64,000 bases of DNA, from positions 64,001 through 128,000 of the forward strand of contig CAWDTA010000002.1 in NCBI GenBank assembly GCA_963805085.1, in the 5' to 3' direction. The stretch comes from an uncultured Veillonellaceae bacterium (GTDB taxonomy: Bacteria; Bacillota; Negativicutes; JARBTT01). A program made the translations under genes and the position numbers. Under the pieces are notes generated by a model that saw only the letters and a program-made list of their open reading frames with translations, made no database searches and had not been told where the DNA came from. Position 1 is the first letter of the stretch. Every line of letters begins with the position of its first letter. Of this stretch, positions 59,398-64,000 are shown one piece after another.

Positions 59398-60382
59398 CCG
59401 TTTTCCTTTCTTCTACCAAAGCTTTGACCGCATCTAGCATCGCCTCTACGGATAAATCCGACCCTGCCATTAATCGATGTAGATAAAATTCTTTAGGCGC
59501 CCAAGAATTCAAATGCTCTTGCGTATAAACATAAAAAAGTGCCAGCAATGGTATATGTAACGCACAAATTAAATGCATAGTTCCTGTATCCACACTAACA
59601 GCAGCCCGGCAACGTTTCAATACTGCCCCTAGCTGAGGAACCGTCGTCTGATTGGTCAAGTCTATAAACTCTGTACAATTGAGATTATGTAAGGCGTCAA
59701 CATATTGGGCAGCAACTTGCCCCGCTCCAACATATAGAACTTTTTTCCCTTGTTGATTTAACCCCGCAATGAGTTTCACACACGCTTCTACTGGCATGTC
59801 TTTTTCTTTCCGTTTGGTTGTTGTACAAACAGCAATCAGTTCATCACTAGCTTGTAAATTGTATGTTTGCCATAGAAGGTCTACCTTAGCATCCGCTTCC
59901 CGGGAAGGCAAATACATCATTGGCATGGACTTTGATTGCTTGCCTGTATACAATTCCATAAGCGTACTATGTTTGTCCTGCGCATGTGTTCTGCCTCGAT
60001 AATCTATTGAACCGTTATCCAGAAACAGACGAATTAAGCCTGTATTATCGCTATAAATTTTCTTTACACCAAGCAGTTTCGATAATACTATGCCCCGTTC
60101 ATTACCATAGATAACAAATGCAACATCAATCTTATTTTTATACTGTACTTTATATGTATTATAAAAATGCCAGAAGCCACTTAAACCTTTATGTTCACCT
60201 TTTTTATCATAGCAGATGATTTCATCCACGCCATCCATATATTTTGCCACTTCCGCAAATGGTTTGTTGACCATGAAAATGACCTTAGACTCTGGATATT
60301 CTAACTTAATATTTCGGCACAAAGGATCAGTCAGTAGTGTATCACCAAAAAAAGAAGTATTTACTACTAAAAATGTTTTCAT
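59390..60382 (-). CDS. GT9 LPS heptosyltransferase-like
   Basis: SFFGDTLL, DLTNQTT, VSVDTGTMHL. Confidence 0.88.
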   Translation of the reverse strand: MKTFLVVNTSFFGDTLLTDPLCRNIKLEYPESKVIFMVNKPFAEVAKYMDGVDEIICYDKKGEHKGLSGFWHFYNTYKVQYKNKIDVAFVIYGNERGIVLSKLLGVKKIYSDNTGLIRLFLDNGSIDYRGRTHAQDKHSTLMELYTGKQSKSMPMMYLPSREADAKVDLLWQTYNLQASDELIAVCTTTKRKEKDMPVEACVKLIAGLNQQGKKVLYVGAGQVAAQYVDALHNLNCTEFIDLTNQTTVPQLGAVLKRCRAAVSVDTGTMHLICALHIPLLALFYVYTQEHLNSWAPKEFYLHRLMAGSDLSVEAMLDAVKALVEERKTDG

Positions 60383-60396
60383 TTGTTTACCCTTCT

Positions 60397-61392
60397 TTAA
60401 AACTTCGCTGCAAATTTTGTTTTTATATAGCGAGCATACCAGCTAAAACCTTTACTATAAGCACCTTTTTTCAATAAACATTGGGCATAAATTTTCATTT
60501 CTTTATAGTTGTGAGGTAATAAAGGCGGACAATCTTTCCAAGGCGTCAGCTGTTCATATTGGGCATAAATATCCTTGATAAAATCATTGCATACTTTACT
60601 AATCGGCCAGGCAATATTCCAAGGCTTAGGATGAGCAGCAAAGTGTAAAAATATGATTTCTTTCTTTTTTGTATCTACCGTATTAATATAATTATATTTT
60701 TTATCTAAATAATACACTTTACCAGTCAAAATTAAATTTAGTGCATCTTGATCCAAATACCGAAACTTCTCTGGTGTTTCTGATAATGCCTGCATTACTT
60801 TAAATGCAACATCATAGGCATTCCATTTTTTTATATCTATAACCAACATCCCCGCATTAAAGTATGTATGATTCGTTAACTCTAATACCCGATTTCTTTT
60901 TTTCCCTATTAATTCAAAATCAGAAACGGCCGCAATAATATTTTCATTCATCTCTAGTTTTAGCAATGCATCAATTTTACCAACACATACAATATCGGCA
61001 TCTATATAGAAAACTCTTTCTGTATTTTCTAAAAGTAACGGTAATATGAAGCGAAAATACGTCGGAATTGGAAGATGTTCATGAGTTGGTAATTTTTTAA
61101 ACGCTTCAGGATCTATCTCATATAAATGAATCTCTATCTGGAATTTCTCTGCCAACTGTCGAATACCAGCTATATTTTCATCAGATAGTTTTATCGCCAT
61201 CACATAAAAAACTAAAGTTAGCCCTATATTATTTTTACAGATAGATGCAATAGAAGTTGCCATACATCTTGCATATCCATTATCAATTCCATATCCAATT
61301 TGGATTTTTTCTATTTCATGATTTTGCTCATTTGTATAATCAAAATCACTTCTAGATATAACTGATTTTAATAATTGCTCTTTGTAATTCAT
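60397..61392 (-). CDS. GT8 LPS glycosyltransferase
   Basis: TYFRF, YIDADIV, YFNAGMLVID, DQDALN, HFAAHPKPW. Confidence 0.9.
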   Translation of the reverse strand: MNYKEQLLKSVISRSDFDYTNEQNHEIEKIQIGYGIDNGYARCMATSIASICKNNIGLTLVFYVMAIKLSDENIAGIRQLAEKFQIEIHLYEIDPEAFKKLPTHEHLPIPTYFRFILPLLLENTERVFYIDADIVCVGKIDALLKLEMNENIIAAVSDFELIGKKRNRVLELTNHTYFNAGMLVIDIKKWNAYDVAFKVMQALSETPEKFRYLDQDALNLILTGKVYYLDKKYNYINTVDTKKKEIIFLHFAAHPKPWNIAWPISKVCNDFIKDIYAQYEQLTPWKDCPPLLPHNYKEMKIYAQCLLKKGAYSKGFSWYARYIKTKFAAKF

Positions 61393-61411
61393 TTTTTATT
61401 CTTCCTATATA

Positions 61412-62419
61412 TTATTTTGTAGTTAAATATTTATCTTGTATTTTCTTTATACTATACCGCATAAACCAATATATTGCTTTACTATGATTACCTTGATTTA
61501 AATAATATTTAGAAAACATTTTCATTTCTCGATATTTTTTAGGAGTACTTTCTAATTCAAACGCTCTCCATAATGACAATGCTGAATACTTTCTAAAATA
61601 TTTTGCAATAGGATGAAAACACCATTTCTGCCAAGGCTTATTGAATCCATTATAATGTAAAAATATTGTATCTCTAGGAATATCCAATATATTATTAAAT
61701 TCTTTTTTGCTTAAATTACACATGCAATTCCATTTTAAATCAATATATTTCACTTTATGTTCTAAAATAATATTCAATGCGTCTTGATCAAAACATCTAA
61801 ATTCATACGAACGTTTTTGCAATAAATCTAAACATCTTTCCGAAATTTTTTCTTTTTCCCAAAGCTGTAAATCTACAAACAACATTCCAGAATTAAAATA
61901 TTCATTTCCATCCATATTTAGATGTGGATCATTCACTTTATCCACCTTATGATCTTCTACTACACAAGCAATGTTTCCTTCAAAGTCAATATCTAACAAT
62001 TCACTCATTGAATTAACACAAACCATATCTGCATCTAAATATAAAAACCTTTTTGCAATACCTTTTAACTCATTTGGAATTAAGAACCGATAATACGCTG
62101 CTATCGTAAATTGAGCATTATTTAATTTATGAAAAATTTCATCATCAATATAATAAAGTAAAATAATTACATTATACTTTTTAGTAATTTCATCTAATCG
62201 ATTCATATCAGATTGACTTATCCGATTAATAAAAATATGTATAGCCGTCTTAATATGCATATTATTCTCTAATATTGAAGTAATCATTACTCCTAGGGGA
62301 CGCATAAAATTATCACTAATTCCAAACGCAATATGCATTTCAGCTTCTGTTAAAGCAAAATTTGATTTCTGTAAAACTTTTTTATCTAAAATAGTATTAT
62401 CAAAAATTGTTTTATCCAC
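61412..62419 (-). CDS. GT8 LPS glycosyltransferase
   Basis: AYYRF, YLDADMV, YFNSGMLFVD, DQDALN, HYNGFNKPW. Confidence 0.9.
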   Translation of the reverse strand: MDKTIFDNTILDKKVLQKSNFALTEAEMHIAFGISDNFMRPLGVMITSILENNMHIKTAIHIFINRISQSDMNRLDEITKKYNVIILLYYIDDEIFHKLNNAQFTIAAYYRFLIPNELKGIAKRFLYLDADMVCVNSMSELLDIDFEGNIACVVEDHKVDKVNDPHLNMDGNEYFNSGMLFVDLQLWEKEKISERCLDLLQKRSYEFRCFDQDALNIILEHKVKYIDLKWNCMCNLSKKEFNNILDIPRDTIFLHYNGFNKPWQKWCFHPIAKYFRKYSALSLWRAFELESTPKKYREMKMFSKYYLNQGNHSKAIYWFMRYSIKKIQDKYLTTK

Positions 62420-62431
62420 GATATGCCTCCA

Positions 62432-63508
62432 CTAATTTTCGCAAATTTTATCTAAATGTTTTTTACATGCACTAACAACATCGTTTACAATAATTGTACC
62501 TAAACATTTTGGTTCATCACATTTGATTTTAGTCCCGTCACATGGATGACAAAAATAATCTGGTTTTAAACAAGTCGCTTTTTCTGAATATGGTCCCCAC
62601 TTTTCAGGAGATGTACCTCCAAAAACAACTACCATTGGTGTATCAACAGCTGCAGCAATATGCGCTGAACCAGTATCGACTGAAAGAAAAAAATCTGATT
62701 TTTTTAATATGTAACCAAGTTCCGGTAATGTTGTTTTACCACATAAATTATAGATAGGGACATCACTAGTAATAATAAATTCTTCTACAATTTTTTTATC
62801 TGCCTCTGAACCAATAATATAAAATGCAGCATTATAAGCACTCGCTAATTGCTTGATCACTTCTTTAAATTTTTCCAAAGGCCAATCCTTAGTCAAGCAA
62901 CCACTTCGAATACACAGTGCAATTTTCATTTGACAATCTGTTTTTTTTACATACTGCACTAAAATCTCATCAATCTTTTCTTTATTCTCTCTAGGAATAT
63001 CAGGCATTACCATTCTTGCAATGTCATTTCTTCCTGTAAAACGATTAATAAAAATTTCATGATTTTTTGCTTGTAAAGTATGCATAGTATCGTAATCAAT
63101 CCTGATAATGTCTGTATAAAATAACTTTAAATAAATATTTCTAAAGGCAATTTTTTCAAAGCCAACACGTTTAGGAATTCCTGCTAACCATGCAATCATA
63201 GCAGAACGCGGTTTATTATCTAGTACAATACAAAGATCAAACTTATGCACTTTCAATTCATCTGCAGTCTGCCTAATTTCAGAGAATGAGCCTTGATGCG
63301 TATAATTATAAAGGATCACTTCATCTATCAAAGGATGGCTTCTAACAATTTGCTGCGTCAATGGTTTTACTAATATTGTTATCTTTGCATTTGGATATGC
63401 TTTTTTTAACAAATATACTCCACTTGTCGCTATAATTGTATCACCTATTTTTCTTAACCCTATAACAAGGATATTTCTATAACTATTATGTTTCATATTC
63501 TTGTACAC
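62432..63508 (-). CDS. GT9 LPS heptosyltransferase-like
   Basis: RKIGDTI, KDWP, NLCGKTTL, SVDTGSAHIAAA, FGGT.P.KWGP. Confidence 0.9.
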   Translation of the reverse strand: MYKNMKHNSYRNILVIGLRKIGDTIIATSGVYLLKKAYPNAKITILVKPLTQQIVRSHPLIDEVILYNYTHQGSFSEIRQTADELKVHKFDLCIVLDNKPRSAMIAWLAGIPKRVGFEKIAFRNIYLKLFYTDIIRIDYDTMHTLQAKNHEIFINRFTGRNDIARMVMPDIPRENKEKIDEILVQYVKKTDCQMKIALCIRSGCLTKDWPLEKFKEVIKQLASAYNAAFYIIGSEADKKIVEEFIITSDVPIYNLCGKTTLPELGYILKKSDFFLSVDTGSAHIAAAVDTPMVVVFGGTSPEKWGPYSEKATCLKPDYFCHPCDGTKIKCDEPKCLGTIIVNDVVSACKKHLDKICEN

Positions 63509-63532
63509 TCCAAAATAGCCTCATACTTACAT

Positions 63533-64000
63533 TTATTCTTGCCAATATAAATATGGATACTTCTCAATAAAATCATCTATACAATCTATTTTCAGACTTT
63601 TTAATGTAATAAACTCAAATTCATTCACTTTGCCTTTTGCTTTAAAAGTATAAATTAAACTTCTTTCTCTAATACAATTCTTCACATATTCTTCTGTATA
63701 TTCTTGTGAAGCTAAATTAGGCTCTCCTTCAACAGTCGCATTTATTTTTGCCATAATTCTTTTAATTCCACCTAAATAAGAGAAATGCCATCCTCCATTT
63801 TTTAGAGCTGGAAGCTTTCTTCGCAAGTCTCTAAGTTTTTGCGGAGTATTCATATTCTTATATAAAGATATAACACTACCATACCATTTATCATAACTTT
63901 TTGCGTTCATATAGTAGTAAAATAAATCCTGCTGGCATACGATAGGCATCTTTTCTAAAAATTTCCTTACACTTACTCTTTTTAAATAACAATCAGCATA
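63533..64000 (-). CDS. GT17-like (beta-1,4-N-acetylglucosaminyltransferase family) C-terminal part, truncated by window
   Basis: Frame open to base 64000; FYYYMN, WYGS, GGWHFSYLGG motif. Confidence 0.7.
   Translation of the reverse strand, partial: YADCYLKRVSVRKFLEKMPIVCQQDLFYYYMNAKSYDKWYGSVISLYKNMNTPQKLRDLRRKLPALKNGGWHFSYLGGIKRIMAKINATVEGEPNLASQEYTEEYVKNCIRERSLIYTFKAKGKVNEFEFITLKSLKIDCIDDFIEKYPYLYWQE

Overview
AT-rich chromosomal segment from a diderm Firmicute, most likely Negativicutes (Firmicute-type SD/sigmaA signals and DUF1659/DUF2922 occur together with a secretin and LPS-core GT9/GT8 genes). From left to right: the 3' end of an FtsA-like gene; a hem/siroheme operon (sirC[frameshifted]-hemA-hemC-cobA/hemD-hemB-hemL); a pilP-like/secretin/NarL-type regulator trio with a decayed junction duplication; pgi, galU and a phosphomannomutase; an O-acyltransferase; a 2-keto-3-deoxygluconate (kdgR-kdgK-kduI-kduD-kdgT-eda) operon; then about 40 kb of surface-polysaccharide genes. 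These comprise galE, two manC, gmd/fcl, rmlACBD, wbaP, wzm/wzt with a C-terminal carbohydrate-binding module, several GTs and acyltransferases (two inactivated), an IS21-interrupted HlyB-like relic and LPS-core GTs. Most notable: (1) a radical-SAM/polysaccharide-pyruvyltransferase fusion coupled to wzt and followed by a GT4 with a duplicated coiled-coil tail, a candidate new O-glycan capping and length-control system; (2) a stack of self-promoted toxin-antitoxin modules (yefM-yoeB, fused MNT-HEPN) behind DUF1659-DUF2922, delimited by related hairpins and a partial DUF2922 duplication; (3) three dispersed paralogous heptad coiled-coil genes; (4) several MITE-like palindromic elements. All family assignments come from motifs recognised by eye; no database search was run.
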